From NCBI GenBank assembly GCA_000708835.1, contig DF236962.1, forward strand, positions 124,001 to 188,000: DNA of 64,000 bases. Direction: 5' to 3'. The stretch comes from Klebsormidium nitens (taxonomy: Eukaryota; Plantae; Klebsormidiophyceae). Below are positions 1-10,800 of the stretch, piece after piece. Under the pieces are notes generated by a model. The model was not told where the DNA came from, ran no database searches, and worked only from the letters and a program-made list of their open reading frames with translations. Each line of letters begins with the position of its first letter. The stretch's first letter is position 1. Both the position numbers and the translations under genes were made by a program.

Positions 1-3000
1 TCCTCCGCCCCGTGCTCTCGTCGAGCAGCGCCGTCAGGTCCACCAGGTCGGAGCCTTTGATGTGAATGCCCACCTCCTCCTCAACCTGCAGAAGGCGTCT
101 AGCTTCTAACTATGACTCCATTTTACAGCGTCCCTTTTGCAAGATCTCCAATGCTCTTCTTAGTGAAGCACTACCAAAGATGCGGATGAATCGCAACATG
201 GTTCAGAGAAGGATGGGAGAGTCACGGGCACGAAGCTATAGCGCGGCGTCGTCCAACCAGAAAGCGACAGCACGGAAAGCAATAGGCCACCAACGGTGTG
301 ACAATGAATTGAAGTCCACTTCCTCGCACATACCCACAGCGATGTTTCAAATCCAGATTCCATACCCTAAAAGATTATGATTGGAACGGTTCCACCGGAT
401 TCTGAGGTGCCCTAGCAGACTCGTTCTCTGGTGGGGTGTGTACGAAGCAGCCTCCTTCCTTCCGGTCAAAGCATGCAACCCCACAATAAACCTCCAGAGC
501 GCAACCCCCATAGTCCTATCACACCACATGGCAGATTTTCAGCAAAGGCGGCACCTCTTTGGCGGCCGTCCCGCTGAAGTCCCCCTCGTCGTCGTCCAGC
601 ATGCCAGCTGGCAGCTCCTTGAGCGCCCGACCCACGGGAACCCGCGCCTGCAATAAACAGCGAGAGATTCTCTTTATCAAGCAGCCACGTCATCAATCGT
701 ACGGACCAAGCTGACGTCGCACACTAAGGCGGGTTGGAACCCTGTTGGAACGGGTTTATGAAGGATCCGGGACGTTCTGATTACAGGCTGGGTTAAGGAA
801 GGTCAGTGTCGCGGCTTCAGCGCATAAATTCAGACTCTCTCACCCTTGACTCTTTATGGCGGTTCAGAATACAGAAGACACGCGATCACTATTGAGACAA
901 CAATTCGAGGGAACTCCAGATGACAACTTCGGCTCAAGTAGTAAAATCCCCAAGTGCTGCTCAGAAGAACTCGTGTCGGGTTCGCCGGAAGTGGCGCTCA
1001 TACTATATTCTTACCAACCATCTGATCTCAATGCCGCCATTACCGGTCCCTCGTTTCAATGATCGCTATGAGGCCCTTGCAGATGACCATTGAGGAGTTC
1101 AAGGAATGCTCCGAAGAGAGATCAGCGGATGGCCTGAAGCTCGATCCGGGGCATGAAGCATGCTGTCCGACATCTGCTTAAGAACCTCCTTTCTGACCAG
1201 CTTGAGATTGTCATGGCAGGTTACATCGCGACCTTAGAGTTTAAACCCTTAAAACCTTAAAACCCCTGTAAGATGGATTTCGCATATCTTATAATGTCCG
1301 TACCTGCTCTGTCAGGACAGCCCACGTGCGGCCCTCCGCCTTCAACAGCATGAGGATGCCCACAGCGCCTCCGCGCGCAAACACTATCCCCGGCAACTGC
1401 AGACGCATTCATTGGAAATGCGGCTTGACTTAGACTATAGATGCCGGATCGGGAGGTAAAAGCTTTACCAAACGTCGGTTCTAGGGGGCGGAATATCAAT
1501 GGGGCAGCAGTGTAGAACGATGTGAGCAGAACAGGGTTCCCAACTCTCCGAGAGTTGAATGTTGCTTCTTAGCGGCTCGTAAGATCTAGCAATTCCTATG
1601 CCTCGCCCCGTTAAAGACCAATGAGCTCAGTGGGAGTGCAACACATGCACAGCGGCAGATAGAAAAGACAGATTAAAAGACAAAGTAAGGAAGCCACGGG
1701 TTCGCAAGAACCGAAAGCGCAAAGCGTACTTGGATGCAGTGTTGTAAACACGCGCAACACCAGAAGCAATATAGGATCCGGTTTGCAGTGAGGCCCTTTT
1801 GAAGGACCCTGTCCAAGGTGACAAAGCTGTGGCATCAGAAAAAAACCGACATTATCTGAGCGCCGCCTCATGGCCCCCAACTAGTCCGCATCCTGGCCAC
1901 AAAGAGCATTCTTCTCAAGACAAAGCTTGACCGGGGGCTCTGTCAACAGAATTAAATCAAGAGAGGGCAGATCTTTCAACCTCGTTCCGCGAATGATTTC
2001 AAAGAGGGCATAGCCAAGGAGAAGGCTTGATCCCGGAAGCGAGCGTTGCACTGATTCTTAAGGCATGCTAACAGTGAAAGTCTCGGGGACAACATTGGTT
2101 GGCGCGAGGTTTTAAAGATGGGACTGAGCAGTATCAACTTTCACTAAGCATTCGGAGGAAAGAAACAGTTGGGCCCAACGTAAGGAGAACTGAGAGATTC
2201 AAAGTAAGAAGCAGACCGTGGGTGGCCTTTGAACTGATGCGGACCGTTGCAGCTTACACGAACCGGCTAGGAGCTTACAAATAAGCAAAGCAGGGCGACT
2301 GCCTTACAGCCAAACGACGGAAAGGACATCCTCGAAGCTGGCTGCACAAAAGAGAAGGAGAGAAGCCGGAGAGTTGAACAGCATAACTATTCAGCAGCGC
2401 CCAGAACTGAGTCGCTGCGACCACTCCCCAAGGCCACCAGATCTAGGCCCGTGCTCAACTCCAGACATGGTTGGCCGGGCATCCGACCGCCTCTCAACTT
2501 CTTCTCCACTTCGGAGGTTGGTGGTGTCGTCACGGCCGGAAATGGAATACATCATACGAAGGAAAGCATAACGAGGGACACGGCTTGCTGTTTATCCCAG
2601 CCGCCGAAGAGGTATGCGCCGATGAGTCAGGGACTTGAGCCGCAAAACAAAGATTCAGACGCTGTCCAATCTACGCGACAGACAAAGGAACAAAGCCAAG
2701 TTGAACGCCGCTCAGCACGCAGTTCAAAACTATCCAAACTTAACGAAGCTCTCAATGAAATTTGGATGTGCGAAACGTCGGGACAGCAGTGCTATGATCA
2801 GCTGCAGCGGCCGATTGGCGCCTGACAAAATGGTTCCGGCTGATAATCTTGCAGGGCGGGAGATTCAACAGGGGCTTCATCTGCTAAGACTCGAATTCGT
2901 GGACATGCGTTAAGGCAATTACTCCTCTTGCAAACGCACGACAGACTCAGAAAGTCTTGTTCATATTCTGAGGCACAGGAGTACATAACGACGCCTGGCT

Positions 3001-5454
3001 GGTTGGGCAACAAGATGGTGTCCCCAATCACCAAGAGCAGTTTTGGAACGTGGTCAGAGGAATTCAATGGGCGCGCAAAACAATATAACCGGTCCATAAC
3101 TTCTTGGAGGATCACGTGCTTTTGCCATTTTTGCTCATACCGCTCTAGTCCAAGGTGCCCTTCTCACCAAGACCGTTATCTGCCCACTAAAGTACCCGGA
3201 ACGTGACAAGTTTGCAGAACGGCTGCAGACAAACTCTTTGAGTTGATTGTTGGGCGGCGTTCTTGCCCACATTAAACAGCATCACGGCCTTGAACTTATT
3301 TCCTACTTTCGTTGATGTGCTAAAAGCACCTACATATCTGTCTAGTTTCGTATTTTGGGAACATAGAGCACTGGGGTTTTGGATCTCATTTCTTGGTACC
3401 CAGAACCGGGTTCGTTAAAGCACCTAGATCCGCTGTCCAAGAACAACGGTGGTCCCACTTGCCTATCGTGAAGCGAAATGTACGTTGGATCATGGGGTCA
3501 ATATTCGCAGGTTCCAACTAAGCACTTTGTCTTCGCTGGGCAAGCATCAACCATCGGGGCACCGTAAGGCCGCCAACTCAATCTGCATCAACCTCTGTTG
3601 TGCAACCGAAGTCTCATACGATAAGCAAACCTCGTGGCGTGGCTGCTACAAAGTGGAGAAGCGTGCGGAAGAAACTTTTCGCAGCGCTTCGACAAGTTGG
3701 GTCGCGGGATCCGTTTGTCCTTCTCTGGAACACTCCCGACTGGTTTCGGCTTTTGAGGTGCGCTTTCACAAGAGGGAAGGTGCAAAACACTTCGTAGTAA
3801 TTGCTTGACGACTGTCGCGGCCCCCGATGAGACGATCCTGATACCCTGTGACGTTATGGTGGGCTTCAACCTACCCAGACTAGGTAGCTGTGAGGTCCTG
3901 GACCTCGGGGCATGCGTATCGTGGCCATGCGAGCAAGCTCCCCCACTCTATTACTTCGAGTTCGTGTTATGTGAAAGCCTGTCCAGCCATTGCTGGACCT
4001 TTGAACGACCGAAAAGCAGGGCACACTCGACCTCGTGCTGGTGCCCTCGACGTTAATTTATCAGCTAGCAGTCAAGAAAGAAAGTTTGACACAAAAAGAA
4101 CAACAAGAATCCCGTGTGAAAGAACTTTCTTCAGTTCCAGCAACTTTCTCGTATCAAACGAGTTGAGAAATTAGCAACTGTGAAAACCCTTCCACAGAAA
4201 AGACTTCAGAGGTCACCGTCATCGTGACTGCACTTCCGCAGTCTCCGCTGAGCATCTCCTCGACGTGAAGAGATTGGTCTGGGTCGTCGGATTGGCCCCT
4301 CTCAGATACGTCCTCACCGTTTTCCCGGTGGCCTCGTCGACCACCTCCGCCTTGAACTTGACGAACCCGACGCGCTTGCCAAAGTGGTCCACGCTCTGCA
4401 CCAGCACGCTGCGCAGGGACACGCGCGCGCCACCGTTGCCCCCCAGCGTCAGCAGCCCCGACTTGGACCCCAGCGCTTTGAGCCACTGCTGAAACGGGAC
4501 GGAGTTTACCGCAGCGCTGGAAGCAGAAGGGGCGGGTGAGAACCGGCTTAGCCACTGTTTGGGGGCAAATTTGAAGGATTTGTCGGAGGGGAACTCATTG
4601 GGCAATTGAGAGCTGCGTCAATCGTCCCTTGGCACCAGGCACGAGGTGGACACGGGCTGTGCTTGACTATCTACCCTCTTAGTAATGCATCGTGAAAGCT
4701 CAACAATTGAAGGACGCAGGGCTATCATCCGCTTTGGTTCTTAAAGTGTTCTCAAGCATGGCTGATCTAAGTAGCCGCACTTGTGGAGAAGGTCAAGGCC
4801 AGAACGAGAACACAATTCCAACTGTACTGGAACAGAAGTGCCCTTTGTGATTACAAGTGATTACAAGGCGCCACGGCCTACTTGTACGGATACACCTCCT
4901 TGCAAACCACTTGCCCACATCCCAAAGAGGGCAGCTAAGAAGCAAGTCAATATACGCGGGCAAACTGCCCAAGCGCTCCTAAGAACTGTGCCGCTGTATT
5001 TTGAGCTCATGACACCGCCAGAGAAGCTCACTCAAGATCGCTTTCTGAGAGCCCCACGACCCCGTTGACTGGGACTGAATCGTCCCTTGGCGGGACCTTG
5101 ATTGTGATGCTGGGAGGGTTGGGGGAGGGTCCAGGAGCGGTGGCCATGGCAGCAAACGTGCGCTTCGCAAAAGAAGGGGTCTGCAGGAAAACAGGGCTTC
5201 TACTGTTGTCAAATTCATTCCTTCGAAGGAGTCGTAATTGATTCGAGAGAAATCATGGACAAGACAGAACTTGTAAAATCTAATAGCAAGGTTCGTCTCA
5301 AAGTAAGAAAGGTCTTACAAATTACTTGTTGCAGGTGTTGGGCACTTTGTGATTGAGCTGAGAAATGACCTCCTGGGTGCTTGCAGCGAGCAGAAAGAGG
5401 AAAACAAACCAAGCTTAGAAAAGCCAAAGATTGTTTCAGAGACCCACTGTGCAT
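1..5454 (-). CDS. NUDX14: Nudix hydrolase 14-like ADP-sugar pyrophosphatase, probably plastid-targeted; 3' end is outside the window
   Basis: Phase-consistent exons 5454-5326 (putative transit peptide, least certain), 5180-5032, 4516-4318, 1396-1304, 647-555 and 85-<1. They translate to ...GLSESDLDAAVNSVPFQQWLKAL...VQSVDHFGKRVGFVKFKAEVVDEATGKT/LPGIVFARGGAVGILMLLKAEGRTWAVLTEQ/ARVPVGRALKELPAGMLDDDEGDFSGTAAKE/VEEEVGIHIKGSDLVDLTALLDESTGR. This contains the Nudix box and closely matches plant NUDX14 as recalled. Confidence 0.92.
2720..3180 (-). pseudogene. Decayed P-loop NTPase fragment resembling the SF3/D5-type primase-helicase, inside NUDX14 intron 3
   Basis: Minus-strand pieces EKGTLD*SGMSKNGKST (Walker A GxxxxGKS), then after a frameshift ILQEVMDRLYCFARPLNSS...RIRVLADEAP (possible Walker B), then ALLSRRFAHPNFIESF (resembles the D5 'RR..ipF' arginine-finger segment). 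Broken by stops and frameshifts; identification is by motif recall only. Confidence 0.35.
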
Positions 5455-6443
5455 TAGATCCAAACCTCGATATGTAAGGCAATTTTTTGCTGCCAGGTCT
5501 GCAAGACACGTTAAGCTGATCGTTAGATCTATTTCAGCAGTCCAACAAGCCATGCATACTTCTACTCCACTTCCGTTCAGCTCAGAAAGTCTACACAATT
5601 TTTGTTACGGGCTAAAGGCAAGGAGGGAGAAAATATGATTGCAAAGGTGACATAACACCACCATTGTACAAGGAGGATCAAACAAGAGATGGACTACTGG
5701 TTCGACGACCCAATGGGGGAAAACAGCTGTCTCAAGTTACTCTCAACCAGACTTTCCACTCCTTGCATGCAAACATGTTCATACTTTGCGCATGGCCAGC
5801 TCACTTCTTCAAAATTGACAAGATCCAAGGCTTCATCGCCTGACCACCACTGCGTCGATGAAGCGAGCAGGATTGCAAGCACCACCAAGATGACAAATGC
5901 AGTCCACATTGTGGAACTCGTGCTGAAACCCCCCACTCTATTCAAGCAGACTTTTGAAATTTGTGGGCAGCTTTGATCGTGCTTGAATTGCCCAACAGGG
6001 TCAGACTAAAGTCTTTAAAGTAGAGACAATGAGAAGAGCAATGCTGGAGTGCCCACCGCTTTCTGGCGGACGTAATGCTGGGAGTAAAAGTTGACACACG
6101 AGCCAAATGCACTCCTTCTCGGTTTGCTCGCCCTCTGTAGCTGGAAGTTCCAATCAGAAGCTGTCTCTGGGCAATGCTGACTTGAAGTGTGTACCTCTGT
6201 TTGGATTGCCCTCTTCTCTGCTGCACCACCGCAGATCAGCGACTCGACGGTAGCCGAGAGACTGCCCAGCTGCGAGAGGGGCTGGAGCCTGAGGCCAGCG
6301 AGAGCCAAAGAACGACACATGAGAAGGAAAGGAGCTTCACCAAACGCTGGCCTTTTCTCAGTTTGTCATGCTGGCCCTTCGCCGCCGCAGGCGTCGGAAC
6401 TTTCTGAAAGTTTTTGTTCAGGGTGCGATCGAGGTGCGTCCCC

Positions 6444-6470
6444 GGGGGGCTCGGGGGGGCGGAGCCCCCC
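6444..6470. repeat. GC-rich hairpin GGGGGGCTC-GGGGGGGCG-GAGCCCCCC
   Basis: Perfect 9-bp inverted repeat (6444-6452 and 6462-6470) with a 9-nt loop. Confidence 0.7.
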
Positions 6471-6583
6471 CGATTTCTAAGTGAAAAGAAATGGGCAGTG
6501 AAGACTACCGGTCGTGATCTTTTTGTGGGCTCTATTTTTTGCCAAGATATATTTAGATGCCGCTGCCAACTTCATCCGAAGCA

Positions 6584-6682
6584 GCACCGGTGGTCTAGTG
6601 GTAGAATAGTACCCTGCCAACTGACGTCACCACGACGCAAGCGAGCTCGGTACAGACCCGGGTTCGATTCCCGGCCGGTGCA
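6584..6682 (+). tRNA. tRNA-Gly(GCC) with a 28-nt intron at the canonical 37/38 position (6620-6647)
   Basis: GCACCGGTGGTCTAGTGGTAGAATAGTACCCTGCCA[ACTGACGTCACCACGACGCAAGCGAGCT]CGGTACAGACCCGGGTTCGATTCCCGGCCGGTGCA. Removing the insert gives a 71-nt cloverleaf: acceptor stem GCACCGG/CCGGTGC, anticodon stem GTACC/GGTAC, intact A and B boxes. TATA-like TATATTTA at 6548-6555 and a T5 terminator at 6713-6717. Confidence 0.95.
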
Positions 6683-6765
6683 AAAAATTCACGTTCAATC
6701 CATGTCGTCCCCTTTTTACCCTACGATCGGATCGTTTTACCGCTGCGAAATTTCAAGTGATACGG

Positions 6766-7205
6766 NNNNNNNNNNNNNNNNNNNNNNNNNNNNNNNNNNN
6801 NNNNNNNNNNNNNNNNNNNNNNNNNNNNNNNNNNNNNNNNNNNNNNNNNNNNNNNNNNNNNNNNNNNNNNNNNNNNNNNNNNNNNNNNNNNNNNNNNNNN
6901 NNNNNNNNNNNNNNNNNNNNNNNNNNNNNNNNNNNNNNNNNNNNNNNNNNNNNNNNNNNNNNNNNNNNNNNNNNNNNNNNNNNNNNNNNNNNNNNNNNNN
7001 NNNNNNNNNNNNNNNNNNNNNNNNNNNNNNNNNNNNNNNNNNNNNNNNNNNNNNNNNNNNNNNNNNNNNNNNNNNNNNNNNNNNNNNNNNNNNNNNNNNN
7101 NNNNNNNNNNNNNNNNNNNNNNNNNNNNNNNNNNNNNNNNNNNNNNNNNNNNNNNNNNNNNNNNNNNNNNNNNNNNNNNNNNNNNNNNNNNNNNNNNNNN
7201 NNNNN
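6766..7205. other. Assembly gap (N run)
   Basis: Run of N. Confidence 1.
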
Positions 7206-7860
7206 NGCACATGCGCGTTAAGCTAGTTCTTTAAGCTCAGCCAATCTTGGTTTGCACATGTACGTCCTGTATGATTTGTGCGCGTGCTATGTCAGTGTAC
7301 CTATGGCTAGATTGAGTTGCACCATTGCCGCCGAGCCGACTGCGTCAGCTACACACGCAAATCTACATCCGATGATCTCTTGCTTCGACTGGAGCGCAAG
7401 ATACGCGGCGGCCGCAATTACTAGGGCGCCATACGCGGGCCTATATACATTCAAATGAAATCCAAAATACATGCATCTTGGGGTCGCACATCATGCATCG
7501 CGTACGACCCATGACTATGCACAATGGACGGCCCGGCCATAACCATAGTGTCAATCCTCTGGACGTTACACAATTGCTGGAGCAACCATGTGTATGTGAT
7601 CTTTGACTACCATGCTTAACGTCAATTCATTTGCAACTTGCGAAGGACTCCTTGGTCTCTTGTTTGTTGTACCACACAAAGACCAGTCTCAGCGCCAAGA
7701 CTCGAACCAAGTCCGGCCGCCGACATAGTTGCTTCTAGGTATATCACGATGGTTGTACACCAGCAACAAACGAGCCATTTGGATACTACCGCCATAATTG
7801 GTTAAATGAAAGCACATTGGTCAAGTTTCCGGTCTAAAATCCAACTAGTGTAGAAATGGG

Positions 7861-10800
7861 CTAAGCCAACGCGGCCTTCTCTTCGGCTTTCTTAAGGTTT
7901 CTCCACTTGTCTTTCAGATCCACACCCCTACGCTCTTGAAAGACGCCGTGGCGTAGCCCGTAAGCCCGGATAGCCTCCCACGGAATGCGGTGCTTGTTCT
8001 CGTCCTTTACATACATTGCAAAAGCATCCTACACGACGGATCAAAGGTGTGAGGACAAGCGATTGGGCTACCCGCCCAGGACCTCTTCACGAACATGAAA
8101 GACCCGTTGTGCGCAAGTCCAGGCAGTGAAAGCACATCCACAGCAGATATGTTCGGATCGCTTAGCCAAAAGAGCTCACGAGAGTATGCTGCTATCTCAG
8201 AGTGAATGAGAGCAATAGTATGGCATTACTTGCCAAAAGAAAACCCAGCCATTCTGAAAATTTGCGATGATCCTCTCGTTCTGCTCGTGACAGATCCAAC
8301 AATTGCTAACGTGCCTAGTAGGAAGCTTAACAAAATCTTGAGGGCTACGGATGCTGGGCTCACTTTCAGCCTCTTGATCTCCTCGTCGGACCAGTACCGG
8401 TTGTTCCGACGCCCCTCCTCACTCCTGCACGCGGGGATCTTTCAGCCGTCAGCAAATGCTCGATCAGTCAATCAAACATTCGTACTGTCAAACCGCACTT
8501 CCTGAAGAACGCTGGAAAGAGATTGTCATGCAACACCTTGAGATCTCACCAAACACCCAACAGCAGTCTGCAAAACATGCTTCTTCGTACCTGGTCCGCT
8601 CCTCAGCTTTCGCCTCCGCCTCTTCCTTCTTCGCGTCCCCGTTCTCGGCCGCCCCGGGCTCCTCGTCCGGCAGCTCCGGCATCTCTTCCTGGCCCGGAAT
8701 GTCCTGCCCGGTAGACGGCCCCGGGCGCTCGTCCGCCTCCCTAGGCTCAGACTGGCACTCCTCGGGGGGTGGGGGGGGCTGAGTGGACGGCCCAGGCTCG
8801 AGATGCTCTACGAGACGGGAGACGGGGCCTGGCGGGGGGGCGCTGGGGCCGGGCAGCGAAGCAGGGGGACCGTCGTGATTTAGCCTTCTGCAACGCAGTG
8901 GTTGGCAGGAGATTGACGTCAGAAGTGGCTTGCAAAAGTGTTATCAGTGCAATGACATGATAGGATCCTAAGCAGGTGCAAGCTTCTCCTGGTGAAATGT
9001 TGCGAGCTTTCTTCCAGGCAAATTCGGCCAGAGAGCGACAGCACTGTCTTTCACCAGCTTTTTGAGATGTGCCCAACTCAAGCGGCAACTGACAGAAGAT
9101 AAGACAGCACAAGGCCAAATGTTATTCTCACCGCGTAGCCTCTAGCTTGGCCCGAATCTCTTTCTCGCGCTTCTTCTTCAACTTCGCCAGGCACAACGGA
9201 CAAATGTACTCGAGCGGGGGTGTCTCGCTGACGCCCGCGCACGCATAGCAGGTCGCATCTGGAAGCACGCATCGTGTGTCAGCCGTTTGCTCGCCCCAAC
9301 GTGAATTCTCCTGGCTTTCTCGAATCCCGAAACCCACCTCTTTCGCGCCACAACACTTGGAAAGCCCAGGATCTTATGGTCGAACACGCATCGCTTCGGC
9401 CATTTGAGTAGGGAAGGTCAACTAAAGATTGCCTAAGGACGCAGGAGCTCATCGAAAAATGCTGGAGCCCACATTCATGAATTTCGAAGCCAAGGCGCAC
9501 ATTACCGGCCTGACCCAGTCTGAACCCTGGACAGCGCATTCGGTCTAGAGTAAATCATAGCAGACAATGAGCTTCGCCCAGTCTATCCTATTGTTTAGAC
9601 AAGCGCTCCAAGGGAAAGCACATTAAAAGGTCGGCTTCGCCCAGCCTATACCACGAACCAGATTATCAATCCAAGAAATACCAGAGCGAATAGATCGCCC
9701 CTGCAACGAAGCGCTCTGCCGCTTACTCGCACAGCCTGTGCACAGCAGCAGCGCCCCGACGTCCTCCACCTTGGCGTCGCAAAGGCAGCACCAGTCGTTA
9801 CTCCCGTCCTCTGTCAGCGTCAAGAACTGCGCATTGTGGTCCCCTCCCGCTTCCTCCTCAGGTCCGAGCTCCGGCATCGCAACATCCACCGCCTCGGCCC
9901 CCCTACTCGCCATCTCTAGTTCCTCCAACATTTTCAGGCCCTTCCGCCGGGCCCCCTCTCTGGGGGGAGCGCTGGCCCCCCCTGGTGGGAGATTTTCGGG
10001 AAGGGTTGGAGGGGGTTGGTGGTCCGGGGGGCTGAGGGCGTCGTCCATTTGAGAGTCCTGGGGGGGTGCGCCGACATCGTCGTCTACCGGAGGGAATTCA
10101 ACGTTCTCAGCCTGCACGGAATAACATCCAAAATCAGGGAACGTTATGCAACGGACTCGCAATGCGTATTTGCTATCCGTTTGACATAGTGGTGACATTC
10201 TGTGACGTGCTCAAGTCTGCTGCATCCAAAAAGCACAGTATCAACAACTATCAGAAACTCGTCGTGTCAAAAGACCCACACCGAACAGATCATCCACCTG
10301 TGGGCCAGCACGATCGCCGCCAACGCCGGCTCCCCGCTTATCCGCCACAACCCTCCTCCGCTTCAGGGGGGTCGTCTCCTCTTCCTCCTCGTCGGCAACA
10401 TTCACCGCCCCCCCTTGCACGGGCCCAGCTCCCCCCCCTCTCTCTGCCCTCCCCCCAAGCGGCGACGCCTGCTCTGGACTCGCCATCCCCGCCTTCGCAG
10501 GCCCGCTCTTGCGCCGCCTCATAGGCGACCGGGGGGGCGCGCCGTTTTCGTACACTCTCGGACGGCCCCTCGGGCGCTTCGGCTGCTCCGGATCCGGCTT
10601 CGGGTGGATCCTCGGCCGGCCGGGCCCTCGTTTTGGGGGGGACTCCATCAGTGCCAGCTCCATGCCGGGTGAACCCCCCTCCGAGTCGGAAAGGATCGCG
10701 CGTTTCCTCTTGCCGACCCCTGGTTTGCGGCCGCGTTTTGGAGGACCTAGATCCGGCGAGGATTGCAACGGAGAGTCCTCGAGAAGGCCCGGCGGCGCCT

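Noticed and set aside
6414-7226. Long ORFs spanning the first N gap
   Set aside because: Open only because Ns contain no stop codons; they overlap the tRNA gene.
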